64,000 nt of DNA. It comes from Eledone cirrhosa. Its lineage: Eukaryota. This document shows positions 12,165 to 25,349 of this stretch, piece by piece (within the stretch, counting starts at the first letter, position 1; every line of letters starts with the position of its first letter). The position numbers were made by a program, and so were the translations under genes. Under the pieces are notes generated by a model, which saw only the letters and a list, made by a program, of their open reading frames with translations, was not told the DNA's origin and ran no database searches. The stretch covers positions 10,974,001 through 11,038,000 of the forward strand of contig OZ024764.1 in the NCBI GenBank assembly GCA_964016885.1, in the 5' to 3' direction.

Positions 12165-12214
12165 ATTAAATATGTTAAGATGCAACACTGAATCCTTGTT
12201 CCTTATTCTTATAG

Positions 12215-12247
<33 letters not shown>

Positions 12248-12807
12248 TTGTGTGTGTATTTTGAGAAAGGTTACGTGATGACAGAAACAGAATTACTATT
12301 GTATTACTCTGTTGCCATATCGAAATTTGTATAAGAACAAAACCTGCAGAAGACAGGGCTCTAGTTCAATCATGGAAGTGGACACATGTATTGTATGTGC
12401 ATTATACAACTTATTATATAACTTCCAGGGGTCCCAGAAACCTACCTGAGATTTTTTATCGATTATATTGATTTTAATCAATCAAAGATGGTCTTGGTTA
12501 GTTTAAACCTTTCTGTATCTATGATAGTTATGTTATATGTATGGCCATGGCCTTCTGTCCGTTTTCTTGGTGTCACATTTTATAACTGTTCTGTTTACTC
12601 TGGACCTAATGTTTCTAACTTTTGCTCCATTGAGTGCTTTGTGATTGCCTCAAACAAATCGAATAGTGCTTGCTCTGCGACAGTTAGAACTTATATTTAT
12701 ACCTATTATATATATATAGACATACAATTATTATTATATAATATCTATATTGGAGTTGGTCAACATAATTATATCATATATACATACATACAATTATATA
12801 TATATAT

Positions 12808-13000
12808 ATTTAATATAGAAATGGCTTCTACAGGACAAATTGTTTCATTCGAAGGAAATCATCAGGAAATCCGACTGATAATTTTCTTCGAATGAAACCG
12901 TTCTCGTCCTATAGAAGCCATTTCTATATTAGATATTTATACTCTGCTATGTATTGAGTACCTTACTTATTGTGGTTTCCCCCGATTGAACCCGGGATAC
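12808..13000. repeat. Inverted repeat of the 1787/8087/13815 Penelope-pLTR-like family with degenerate hammerheads
   Basis: 12808-12867 is the reverse complement of ~12875-12931; the rest matches 1725-1790 in reverse. Confidence 0.7.
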
Positions 13001-13454
13001 ATATATCTATTAAACAAAGAAGTATATATATATATATCTACAAGTGAAGATACATACAGAGTGTCCAACTTATACTAAGTTTGGTTCTATGAAAGAGTTA
13101 ATAAAATCAACAGATTCAGAGCCTAATCAAATCATATATTGGAAAAGCAAACAAGATAAGAAAAACATCTTTACTTACTCACTTTAATGTCCCTACTGCA
13201 GTTTCATTGAGAAAATAACGATACTCCGAGTAGAGTATCGCGAAAAATCTCAAATCGTCAAGAGACTTTCTCGGTCCAGAAAAAAAATACAAGACAAGAA
13301 TTCCAAGCTGTTCACTATCTATCTATCTCGTTCTGAGATCGCATTTCAGAATTGGTGTTGCTATTAAGGCCAACTAGGGTGCACACCCACGCTAGGGAAC
13401 ATCTCAGGATTGGCGCTGCCATTAAGGCCAACTAGGGCGCAATATGTGCGTAAT

Positions 13455-13730
13455 GTGTGTAATATATGGTAGCCCTTAAGAAAATTAGGTGTAGTAGAAT
13501 GGTTGGTGAGAACAGTGCAAGCCATATACAGAGGAGCTGTCAGTAAAGTGAGAGTAGGAAGTGAGTTTAGTAGGGAATTCAATGTACAGGGAGTTCATCA
13601 AGGTTCAGTTCTTAGACCACTGCTGTTCAGCATAGTTCTCCAGATCATAACAGAAGAGTTTAAAATTCATCTAACCCATGTTATCATGGGAAAATGGAAG
13701 TTAAACGATGTTGATATTGATTATGATGAT
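13455..13730 (+). mobile_element. Internally deleted RTE-clade LINE (RT fragment joined to 3' tail)
   Basis: LRKLGVVEWLVRTVQAIY...GVHQGSVLRPLLF motif, then aacccatg...gttaaacgatgttgat tail. Confidence 0.8.
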
Positions 13731-13814
13731 AAGAAATCTTGTAAAACAAATATATATATACATATGAGGTATATACAGAAAAGGTATAAATACTACCATA
13801 TTACTTGGACAGTC

Positions 13815-13865
13815 GGCTTCCTGATGATTTCTCCCGAATGAAACAGTTCTAGTCCTGTAGAAGAC
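13815..13865 (+). ncRNA. Type-I hammerhead ribozyme motif
   Basis: GGCTTC-CTGATGA-tTTCtcccGAAt-GAA-ACAG-ttctagtc-CTGT-A/GAAGAC; sister copies end in GAAGCC or GAAGCT. Confidence 0.75.
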
Positions 13866-13907
13866 ATTTCTATATTAAATATATATATACATACATATTT
13901 ATATATA

Positions 13908-14205
13908 TATCATCATACGTCCGCTTTTCCCGGTTTGCAAGAGCGGGACGGGTCCTATTCAGCACAGCATCTCTCCACTTGTCACGGTCCTTTGTCATCT
14001 CCTCCGTGAGCTTCAGCGATCTGAGGTCTGCTCTCACCACCTCCGCCCATGTTTTTCGTGGTCTTCCTCCACTGCGTCTTACTGCTACTGGGATTTTTTG
14101 GCACTTCTTTACCCAGCGGTCATCCTCCATGCGCATCACATGTCCATACCATCTCAGTCTTCTCTCCCGCACACTACAACTTATCCCTCTTATACCCAGT
14201 TTCTC
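13908..14205 (-). mobile_element. RTE-clade LINE 3' end
   Basis: RERRLRWYGHVMRM...GGRPRKTW...DRDKWR followed by a (TGA)n tail; further copies at 29890-30027(+) and 54058-54345(-). Confidence 0.9.
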
Positions 14206-14314
14206 ATATATATATATATATATATGTGTATAATGGTAGCTATGGTGATTCCATAGGCGGTATGCCAAAATTAGCACTCGATATTCAGAAGAGTAGAGTG
14301 TAGATAGTATAATG

Positions 14315-14788
14315 AAAACGAAAAATCAGTGATGCATCTGTACTTAATTTATTGCATGTTACAATTGTTTTGCTCGAGACATGGTCCTTGTATGAATCTG
14401 GCTGATTCTACTTCTGCAGGTTCTTTCAGACACGGGTATTTCGTTTGGGGCAAATTTTATCACTGGGGTGTTATCATCAAAAAACACCCTAAAAAAACCC
14501 TACTTCCACTCTTGTCAAGCCATTGGCTGTTTTTACTCTCGACCATGTCTCGAGCTACCTGCCGGCGAAACAATTGTAACACGCAATAAATTAAGTACAG
14601 ATGCATCACTGATTTTTCGTTTTCTTTACACTATATATATATATATAGCTTTCACCGTATTTTTAACTAAAGGAATTTTAGCTTGATAACGGGGTTTAGA
14701 ACCCTCAGATAAATGGAAAAAGATGGGTTCTAAACCCCGTTATCAAGCTAAAATTCCTTTAGTTAAAAATACGGTGAAAGCTATATAT
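14315..14788. repeat. Two inverted repeats beside (TA)n (14315-14386/14546-14622 and 14640-14706/14726-14788)
   Basis: Direct reverse-complement arms; the first carries GAAAC-aatt-GTA followed by AATAAA. Confidence 0.8.
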
Positions 14789-15177
14789 TTTCTAATTTCA
14801 AACTCGCTCACTGTTTCAAAACATACTTATATATATATATATATATTGTGGTAATATATATTTTTTGTGTCCCCCCTGCCTGAATGAAGGGCCAGTTTAA
14901 AAGTGAGCTCAATTATACTGTTGTGATCTCCATTATACAATGGTGGCACATATATGTTGAGTGTATGAAACTTCGTTTATACTATATATATATATCATCA
15001 TCATCGTTTAATGTCTATCTTCCACGCTAGCATGGGTTAGACAGGAGTTGTCCAAATTTGAGGCAAGATTGGTCAGGTGACCGTGTCTCGTTCGTATAGG
15101 ACTGTCTGGCAGGTTTTCTACAACTGGATGCCCTTCCTGATACCAACCACGTTTACAGTGTGGACAGGGAACCTTTT

Positions 15178-15652
<475 letters not shown>

Positions 15653-15782
15653 CACAGGGTGGTCCGAAAGTCTTGTAACATAGTTTTAACTTTCATTGAT
15701 AAAATAAAGTACCAGTAATGCACTGGGTAATTGATGGCCTTGTGCCAAAAGTAGAAACAATTATATATATATATATATATAA

Positions 15783-15831
<49 letters not shown>

Positions 15832-15839
15832 TATACACA

Positions 15840-16805
15840 CAGGGTGGTCCGAAAGTCTTGTAACATAGTTTTAACTTTCATTAATTGGCAGTATCGGTAG
15901 AGGGTCAGACGCCATGCTTTGACGCATAGAGTTACGGCCCTTGCCATTCTGAGTTCAAATCCCGCCGAGGTTAACTTTGCCTTTCATCCTTACGGGGTCG
16001 ATAAAATAAAGTACCAGTAATGCACTGGCTAATTGCTGGCCTTGTGCCAAAAGTAGAAACAATTATTTATTGTTTTAATCCCGCCGAGGTTAACTTTGCC
16101 TTTCATCCTTACGGAGTCGATAAAATAAAGTACCAGTAATGTACTGGGTTCTTGCTGGCCTTGTGCCAAACGTAGAAACAATTATTTATTGTTTTAATAA
16201 TATAATATATAATAATAATATAATTTTCTATTTCAGAGCTCCTACAGTTTGGAAGAGAGGCTGCTTGCAACCATCCTCCGAGGAAACGCCTTCTCCATTT
16301 TGTTTGCAGGGACTGTGGGTAGGCCAACACGTGGAACAACATTTGCTAACCATAAGGAGAGATGGGGAGGGTGAGAGAGATGGAGGCGAAGACAGTGGGA
16401 GTTGGGCTCTTCCACGTTCGGACCATATCGTTGAGGTTGTGTTCATCAAGCCCTAGTGCAGTGACGAAATCTATCTGTATATATAGGAGAAAATTACCCA
16501 CTCTACTACCCTAAGTATTGAGTACTCTGGTCCATCTGGTTCCTTACCACAACTCCTTCGTTATCTGTATATTGTATATATATATTGATGGAGGTATTTC
16601 ACACACAAGTAATTAGTTGTCTTTACGAAAAAAAATGGACACATGATCGTGTGCATTCTGGCACGAGCATGGAGGATGTGCGACATGGCCTCACTGCAAG
16701 ATTCGGCAAAACCAGCTCCTCCGAAGAGGACGATCCTACAATGGGGACATAAACTGTTTCTCATTACTTTTTCGTCGGGGGTGACAAGACTTTCGGACCA
16801 CCTTG
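15840..16805 (+). mobile_element. Degenerate Tc1/mariner element with nested SINEs; left end duplicated at 15655
   Basis: TIR CAGGGTGGTCCGAAAGTCTTGT / ACAAGACTTTCGGACCACCTTG-TA; frameshifted transposase N-terminus-like ...RFGK..PPKRTILQWGHKLF at 16640-16760. Confidence 0.7.
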
Positions 16806-16814
16806 TACATACAT

Positions 16815-16877
<63 letters not shown>

Positions 16878-16939
16878 AAGGTAGGGAATCCATAATGTAG
16901 AGAACATTTTTGACTTGCATTAAAATATATAATAAATAA

Positions 16940-17127
16940 GGGCGGTGGATTGGCAGTATCGGTAGAGAGTCGGACGCCATGCTTTCCAGCATAGTTACGT
17001 CCCTTTACGGTCTGAGTTCAAATCCCGTCGAGGTTAACTTTGCCTTTCATCCTTACGGGGTCGATAAAATAAAGTACCAGTAATGTACTGGGTAATTGCT
17101 GGCCTTGTGCCTAAAGTAGAAACAATT
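16940..17127 (+). mobile_element. Full-length tRNA-derived SINE (family A, (ATT)n tail) with 21-bp target duplication
   Basis: A box TGGCAGTATCGG, B box GAGTTCAAATCC; ATTAAAATATATAATAAATAA at 16919 and 17125; more than 12 copies in the window. Confidence 0.9.
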
Positions 17128-17194
17128 AAAATATATAATAAATAAATTAATGAAAAACAAGGGAGATAACTGTCACTATGATCCCTTTCTTCTT

Positions 17195-18050
17195 TGTCAT
17201 TCACTGCGATCCTGCACTTCCTGTCTCCACCTACTGACATATTTTTAAAAAATTCCACTCCACGTTACATTACTTGCAACTGTACTAATCCACACCTTAT
17301 AGATTTAATATTTTCAAGGTATTTCAACTTTATTCTAGTAATTTTTACTTCAGTTTATTGTGTTTTCATCTTAAAATATTTCTATTTTTTTCTTTAATCT
17401 TTCGTCTTCATCTTCTTTCCAGATGAAATATTTTCAGACTGTCAACCGCATCTTATTGTTTGTTGTTATTTTCTATAAAACACTAAATATTGAACTGATT
17501 TAAGTAATTATCATCTTCAACGATCTTTGTTACACAGTGTATCTTCCTTTATACCAGAGAATATAGATAACAAATGTATATTTATCCCAGTCAGATCATT
17601 AACACCATTTTTCTCTCTCTGGACTGGGTTGTGTGTTGTGTTCTTGAGCAAAACAGTTGATGATGCTTCAGTAGATTCAACTGAAAATGAGTACCAACTA
17701 TAGCTGGGAGTTTAACCCTGCGATGGTCTCGTGTCCTGTCCAGGGGAAAGTATTGTACTCTCAGTCGCTGCACGCCATGGAAACTGGGATCAGCTCCTGC
17801 CTGATGAATCCCCGGGCTTGAGACTGACTTTAGACTTAGACATCCTCAACGATCTACGTTACGCAGTGTATCTTCCTTTATACCAGAGAAGATAGATAAC
17901 AAATGTATATGTATCCCAGCTCTCTCTCTCTCTCACACACTTTCTAAACTACTATCAATCTTTCTCTACCAAATTTACAGAATCTACATCTTTATAATGT
18001 AGTGAATCCTTGGACAACAGATCGGGAAATAAGAAAACTAAAATATCATC
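17195..18050 (+). promoter_or_regulatory. Promoter/5'-exon block of ZNF-4 (Ets variant ACTTCCTGT 17216-17224, acceptor 17421-17422) with SINE insertion 17620-17840
   Basis: Homologous to 8465-8910 and 23490-24355; the GTAAGT donor segment is missing. Confidence 0.5.
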
Positions 18051-18158
18051 CCAGTTCATGATACTGTCGAACCTCATTGATGTTTGGCTCACCTGGGAAA
18101 GTATCGGTCTCTTCCCACATCTAACCTAATTTCCCATGATTGTCTCACCTGCACCAGG

Positions 18159-18239
<81 letters not shown>

Positions 18240-19262
18240 CATCATCGTTTAACGTCCATCTTCCACACTAGCATGGGTTGGACGGGTTTGTCTTACTTGA
18301 GGCAAGATTGATCGAGTGACCGTGACTCGCTCGTACAGAACTGTATCGGGCAGGTTTTCTACGGCTTGATGCCCTTCTTAACACCAACCACATTTACAGT
18401 CTGGACAGGGAACCTTTTTATCGTGTCTGCTACTTAATTAGTTAATTGTTTTACGATTGTTTCAGAAGGTTCATTGATCATGGTATATATATATATATTA
18501 TATAATATACTGTTACACATTTTATAGGTGCCACTGTAGTTTAAGAATATATATTCCAGGCTCTTTATAAATCAACATATAGAGATATGTGTTCAATCAT
18601 AAGGGATAAAAAACCACTAGAATGATGAACATATTACCTATGGAAAGAATATATATATATATATATAATGTTACACAATCTGAAAGTGTAGCTATAATCT
18701 TTAAATATGTAGGATTCACATACAGTAGTGTCATGTAATTTCAATAACAAATTTAAAAGTTAACTTCAGTCGTTCATGTAAAAGTTTATATCTATTATTT
18801 AACAGTGTAAAGATGTAGTAAAAGTTCCTCTCTTGAATCAGACTCATTAAAAATATCTGCTAAAACTTTAAATGTTTCTCTATCATTTCAGAATTCAGAT
18901 GACATTGGCATTAAAGTATGGATACATCTTGGATGTACATCACCTTGGATACATCATCAATATTTATCATCTTTTAAAGACTAAAAGAAGTTGTTGTACA
19001 GAACAGATATAACCCTGTTTATATAAATCTGTGGCAGAATTACTGAAATATTTCCTCTGACTGAGTTTATTAGCAAGAATTCTCTACATCAGTTTGGAAT
19101 GTGTACAAGATGATTTTATATTTTAACTAAACTTGTATTACAAAGGTGCAACATCTTCAGATATTAACAAAGATCACAGTTGATGGAAATATAGTGGAAT
19201 TAATATTGAAAAAAACGTATTCAAGAGAAACATCTGTATATTTTGTCAAGAGAAGAGGCATT

Positions 19263-19925
19263 ATGGATAATAAATTGAGTGAATCTGAGTCTAAAAGTAT
19301 AGATTTTCCTGATGAGATACTAAAAGATACAGGAAAAACATCATACAGCTGTGATATCTGTAATAAGTCATTCCCTCAAAAATGTAACCTCACATCCCAC
19401 TTACTAACTCATACAGGTGAGAAACCATATCGCTGCGATATCTGTGGTAAATCATTTTCTAAGAATGATAACTTAATTCAACATCAACGTATTCATACAG
19501 GAGAGAAACCATATCACTGTGATATCTGTGATAAATCATTCTCTAAAAATAATCACTTAACTACTCACATACGTACACATACAGGAGTAAGGCCATATCA
19601 TTGTGATATCTGTGGTAAATCATTCTCGCAAAGTAGTGACTTCACTAAACACAAACGTATTCATACAGGAGAGAAACCATATCATTGTAATATCTGTGGT
19701 ATATCATTCTCTAGAAATGATCATTTACTTTCACACTTACACATTCATACAGGAGAGAAATCATACCACTGTGATATCTGTGGTAAATCTTTCTCTGTAA
19801 ACAGTACCTTAACTAGACACAAACGTATACATACAGGAGAGAAACCATATCACTGTGATACCTGTGGTAAATCTTTCTCACTTAAAAGTAGCCTGACTAA
19901 ACACAGATATATTCATATGAGATAA
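19263..19925 (+). CDS. C2H2 zinc-finger protein ZNF-4, 220 aa, 7 fingers
   Basis: ATG in the same GCATTATGG context as its paralogues; 7 intact fingers. Confidence 0.93.
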   Translation: MDNKLSESESKSIDFPDEILKDTGKTSYSCDICNKSFPQKCNLTSHLLTHTGEKPYRCDICGKSFSKNDNLIQHQRIHTGEKPYHCDICDKSFSKNNHLTTHIRTHTGVRPYHCDICGKSFSQSSDFTKHKRIHTGEKPYHCNICGISFSRNDHLLSHLHIHTGEKSYHCDICGKSFSVNSTLTRHKRIHTGEKPYHCDTCGKSFSLKSSLTKHRYIHMR

Positions 19926-20551
19926 AAACCATATTCACCCTAAATACTGCCATAAGTCGACACATGTATTTATTTTAGGAAATAAACTGTGATATCTGTG
20001 AGAAATCATTCTCGAACAGGAGTGAGTTAAATTACAATTATATTCATAGAGGAGGGGAACCATGTAAAAAGATACTAGTAATTTGAAAATATGGATAAAT
20101 AGCTGAGAGATTTAATCTCATATATCTGAGACAACATCACTACACAGTGATTATGGTAGAAATACACAAACCATGATAGAATATATTTCATCATACCATA
20201 ATAAAGTTTACATATGTGTGATACAAATAATGAATCAAAACATATCAAATATGTTTAGAATTTTGTGTTTCCCAATAAGCAAGCTCAAGAGACTTTATCT
20301 AGAGCCATAATAACCAAATAAAGAGATATATATTTATAAAGAGAGAGAAAGAGTCATATATCGCGCAAGAAACGTGGTATATTGTATATATACTAAATAC
20401 ATATTCAATAGAATATGTAAACATGTGGAATCATACTAGCGCTATTTCATACCTGGAGAGTATGACTAAAAATCAATCAATATATTCGATCATCGAAGAC
20501 AAACTATCAATTATGATTAAACCAAATAAGACTCAGCTACTAGTCAGAGGT

Positions 20552-20838
20552 TCATCATCATCATTTTATGTCCGCTTTTCTCTGCTTGCAAGGGCGGGAC
20601 GGGACGGGAACTGATTCTGGCTTGATTTCTACAGCTGGATGCCCTTCCTAACACCAACCTCATTTACAGTGAGTGCTGGGTGCTTTTTTCCGTGGCACCT
20701 CCACGACCACATTTCTACAGCTGAGTAAACTGGAGCAATGTGAAATAAAGTGTCTTGCTCAAGGAAACACCACATCACCCGGTCACAACCTTTCGATTGC
20801 AAGGCCAATGCTCTAACCACTAAGCCATATGCCTCCAT
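20552..20838 (-). mobile_element. Composite SINE (tRNA/CORE-like head + 48-bp segment + RTE-type tail)
   Basis: Same architecture at 40508-40852(-), 52443-52845(+) and 60402-60758(+). Confidence 0.8.
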
Positions 20839-21129
20839 GATATATATTCTAGATTTTATATACATTCTATATGTTATGTTTATTATGGTGTGAAGTATAT
20901 TGTATGTATCCCATCATGGGAATAATTTCTGCTTTTTGATAAGATTTATAGAACTATATTTCTTTTAATTTATATACTAAGTTCTTCATAACTTGAAGGT
21001 TAAGCTGTCATTTCCTGTGTGAGTCCCAAAATATTGAGTTCTGACCTCTTCATTTAATAAACAGATGGATTGTTATGTTATGAGACAAATCGGTCTGGAG
21101 ACCACATGAGGTTTATATAGATCTGTATT

Positions 21130-21510
21130 TTGATTTAGTTGCTATGCCCTTCCTGTCGTACGTAAAAGGAGAGTAAGATTTGCTGGCCACTGCCATTGTG
21201 CCATCTCTGAGGCTGTGTCCCCATTAATGCTTTGGAAACCATAAGCAGTCACTAATAACGGGGCACAAGCTCTCCTATCCCAATTTTCTGGCCACTGCCA
21301 TCGTGCCACCTCTGAGGCTGTCCCCCATTAATGCTTTGGAAACCATAAGCAGTCACTAATAACAGGGGGCATAAGCTCTTCTATCTCGATGTCATCTCCA
21401 GAGATTCTGGTATTGAAATCCAGGATTTGACAACAGCAATGAACGACAGACCCACGTGGAGATCAATTGTATATTGATTTTGGCTGAGGCCACTGGATGA
21501 GGATAATGAT
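21130..21510 (+). mobile_element. Degenerate RTE LINE 3' fragment with ~100-bp internal duplication
   Basis: VRFAGHCHCA...LMLWKP; 21183-21277 repeated at 21288-21385; ends in a gat-rich tail. Confidence 0.6.
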
Positions 21511-21854
21511 GCCCTTCCTAACACCAACCACATTGCAGTGTGGACCGGTAGCTTTTTATCATGGCATCATACCATGTGTATGATTGTCATTTCCTGTGTG
21601 AGTCCCAAAATATTGAGTTTTGACCTCATAATTTAATAAACAGATGGGTTATGTTATGTTATGAGACAAATCGGTCTGGAGACCACATCATATTCATATA
21701 AATCTGTATTTTGATTTGGTTGAAAGGCAAAGTTGACCCCAGCGGGATTTGAATTCAGAGAGCAGAGAGACAGAACAAATACTACACTGTATTCTATCTG
21801 ACGTTCTAACAACTCTGTCACATCGCTGCCTATTTAGAAACCCATACACAATCC

Positions 21855-22059
21855 TTAACCCTTTAGCATTCACATTATTCTATATATACTATTGTATTTT
21901 CATGGTAAAGGCTTTACCTCACATAATATCGAATCTATGAGATTTTGTAAGTATTTATTTTGTAAACAATACCTTAACATCAGTTTGAATGACCAGTTAC
22001 AACCAGTTTCAACAGAAAAAGGTAGAGAATTCTGGCCGGTTTGAACACTTAAGGGTTAA
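21855..22059. mobile_element. TTAA-flanked piggyBac-like MITE (second copy ~22497-22712)
   Basis: TTAA-CCCTT...AAGGG-TTAA termini and internal similarity between the two copies. Confidence 0.65.
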
Positions 22060-23049
22060 TAGAAAATATTTCATCATCATTTAACATCTAATTTTCCATA
22101 CTTACATGGGTTAGATGGGTTGTTATGTTATGAGACAAATTAGTCTGGAGACCACATCATGTTCATGTAGATCTGTATTTTGATTTGGTTGCTATACCCT
22201 TCCTAACACCAACCACATTACAGTGTGGACTGGGAGCTTTTTATCATGGCATTGTACCATGTATGTGATTGTCATTTCCTGTGTAAGTCCCAAAATATTG
22301 ACTTCTGACCTCATAATTTAATAAACAAAAATATAAATAAAATTGTCTTACTTTGAAATTATTCTCTTACCATTTTATATGTAAAATATCTCAGCAAAAC
22401 TTGTGTTGACTCAGTTATATGGTATAGTAAATAGTTAGTGATTGAATGTGATGCATTTAATGAAGAATTTGGAGGGATTTACTAAACTAAAACTATTTAA
22501 CACTTTAGCATTTACATTACTCTATTATATTATTGCAGTAAAGGTTTTACCTTACATAGCTATCTCAAATAATATTGAATCTACGTGATTTTAATGATGT
22601 TATTTATTTTGAGAATAATACCTTAACGTTGGTATAAGCAGCTGGTTATGGCCAGTTTGAACAGAAAGAGGTGAGAGAACTGTGGCCGGATATGGCCAGT
22701 TTAAAGGGTTAAAGGAGTAAAGACTCCCTTCGGTCACGAATGACCATGGTATTTGCACCTAGAAAGTTTCCCTCTGAGGCACAAGTCTGGGCAAGGTTGT
22801 TTATGGAGGACCGGCTGTCGTCCATGCATGCCAGCCTTGCCTCATCACGCCACCAATGATGTCCAAGGGAAAGGTAATGGCTGATACAGCTTGACACCAG
22901 TGATATCACAGCATATATATATACTATACATATTAATATATCTATATATATTATATACGCTATATATGATATTGTCCAAAGAAAGGCAATGGCCGATACA
23001 GTTTGACACCAGTGACATCGCAACTCACATATACAATATATATATATAC

Positions 23050-23385
23050 TACTTTTTGGTACAAGGCCAGCAATTAACCAGTGCATTACTGGTACTTTAT
23101 TTTATCCACCCCGTAAGGATGAAAGGCAAAGTTAACCTCGGCGGGATTTGAACTCAGAATGGCAAGGGCCGTAACTCTACCGATACTGCCAATCCACTGC
23201 TTGTGAAGAAAATTGTTTCTACTTTTTGCCACAAGGCCAGCAATTAACCAGTGTATTACTGGTACCTTATTTTATCGACCCTGTAAGGATGAAAGGCAAA
23301 GTTTACCTCGGCGGGATTTGAACTCAGATCATAAAGGGAGGTAACTCTATGATTCAAAGCATGGCGTCCGATACTGCCAATCCAC
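23050..23385 (-). mobile_element. Two tandem family-A SINEs
   Basis: Reverse-complement matches to 16940-17127. Confidence 0.85.
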
Positions 23386-23489
23386 GGAGAAAATTAATGA
23401 AAGGAAAAATTGTTTGATTAATACCTAGAAAAAAACGCCAAGGGGAACAACTGTCATTGAGAACCTCCTCCCTTCCCTCTTGAGCTCTT

Positions 23490-24425
23490 TTGTTATTCAC
23501 TGCGATCCTGTACTTCCGGTCACCACCCACTAACTTCTTTATCAATTCCACCTGTAATTACATTACTTACAACTCAATCCACACCTCCACCTTATAGATT
23601 TAATATTTTCAAGGTATTTCAACTTTATTCTAGTAACTTTTACTTCAGTTTATTGTGTTTTCTTCTTAAAATATTTCTAACTAATTTTCTCTTTATTCTT
23701 TCGTCTTCATCTTCTTTCCAGATGAAATATTTTCAGACTGTCAACTAATCTTATTGTTTGTTGTTATTTTCTATAAAACACTAAATATTGAACTGATTTA
23801 TAAGTAATTATCATCTTCAACGATCTTTGTTACACAGTGTATCTTCCTTTATACCAGAGAATATAGATAACAAATGTATATTTATCCCAGTCAGATCATT
23901 AACACCATTTCTCTCTCTCTGGATAGGGTTGTGTGTTGTGTTCTTGAGCAAAACACTTGATGTTGCTTCAGTAGATTCAACTGAAAATGAGTACCAACTA
24001 TAGCTGGGAGTTTAACCCTACGATCGTCTGGTGTCCTGTCCAGGGAGAAGTATTGTCAGTCGCTTAACGACATGGAAACCAGGATAACCACCGACCTGGT
24101 GAGCCCCCGGGCTTGAAGACTGACTTTAGACTTAGACATCCTCAACGATCTATGTTACGCAGTGTATCTTCCTTTACACCAGAGAAAATAGATAACAAAT
24201 GTATATTTATCCCAGTCAGATCACTAACACAATCTCTCACACACTTTCTAAATTACTGTCAGTCTTTCTCTACTAAATTTACAGAATCTACATCTTTATT
24301 ACTAACATAGAGAATCCATGGACAATAAATAGATCGCAAAACTAAAATATCTCGCCCAATAAATTTTCCAGAGTCATTGTGTACATACATTTTAAAGGTT
24401 AAGGTCCTCTCGTCTGCTCGTAAGT
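23490..24425 (+). promoter_or_regulatory. Promoter/5'-exon block of ZNF-5 (Ets 23512-23520, acceptor 23720-23721, donor GTAAGT 24420)
   Basis: Homologous to 8465-8979. Confidence 0.55.
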
Positions 24426-24596
24426 CAGTGTGTGTGTGTGTGTGTATATACATCTCGGAAGTTGTTTTTCGCTAATTCCAAAGCCGAAATACGATTCTCG
24501 CTAATTTATATTTGTATATATATTTATATATATATATATATACACAAACACACAAATTAAAGCAACGAAGCCAAGTTATTTTACCTATTCATATCA

Positions 24597-24720
24597 TTGT
24601 TTTACGATCGTTTCGGAGGACCGATCATATCGACATATTGTCTGATCTATAGCAGTTATATAACTGTATACTATCAGACCTCATATATAGGTTCGATCAG
24701 ACCATCTTCTTCGGAAACAA
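24597..24720 (-). ncRNA. Hammerhead-like motif with variant core CCGAAGA and long insert
   Basis: TTGTTT-CCGAAGA...GAAAC-gatc-GTA/AAACAA: perfect stem I, palindromic loop 3. Confidence 0.6.
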
Positions 24721-25349
24721 ATATATATATAATTCGTTTTTTTAATGTCTGTGTTTTTATTAACCCTCCCAAAGTATATAAATATATATATATGAAAAAG
24801 TTTGTCCTTCATCAGTGATCTTCCAACTATCATAGGCATTTCATCGCTTTAAAGACCATATACCTCCGGTTGGTGCGAGCAACGGCTAATAAAAGTCGTT
24901 GGGACACGTAAATAAAGGGGACGCGAAGGTAAACAAACAAAATGGTGAGGCAACAGAAAGTGAGGAAGAAGGAGACAAGTATATATATATATATATATTG
25001 TTATACTTCGGGAGGGTCATATTTGTGTAATAATATTGCCAGAATTAATAACAGAACACACTCACTGTTTGGTTGGTTTTCGCTTCTGTATCTTTTATAT
25101 CAGTTAATTCATTCGGTCAAAAATACAGATATAATATAGATATAAACACATATATATAGTCTAACAAAGTTCTTCGGTTGCACATCTGCAACATCGTCAG
25201 TGGAGCTATTATGTTCCGCCTGTTGTATTGTATATTTACACTATCTTTGATTTTATATATATATAAAAGCGGATCATGGTAAATAAACCTGGGGAATACT
25301 AATACTATAACGATTTTATTTTGTTATTTCAAGAGTGGATGTATTTAAA

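Noticed and set aside
16940-17030. Possible tRNA genes at A/B-box sequences
   Set aside because: No cloverleaf; they are SINE heads with bodies, tails and TSDs.
25160-25207. CTGACGA plus hairpin on the - strand as another hammerhead
   Set aside because: GAAA is GAAG and no convincing stem I or III.
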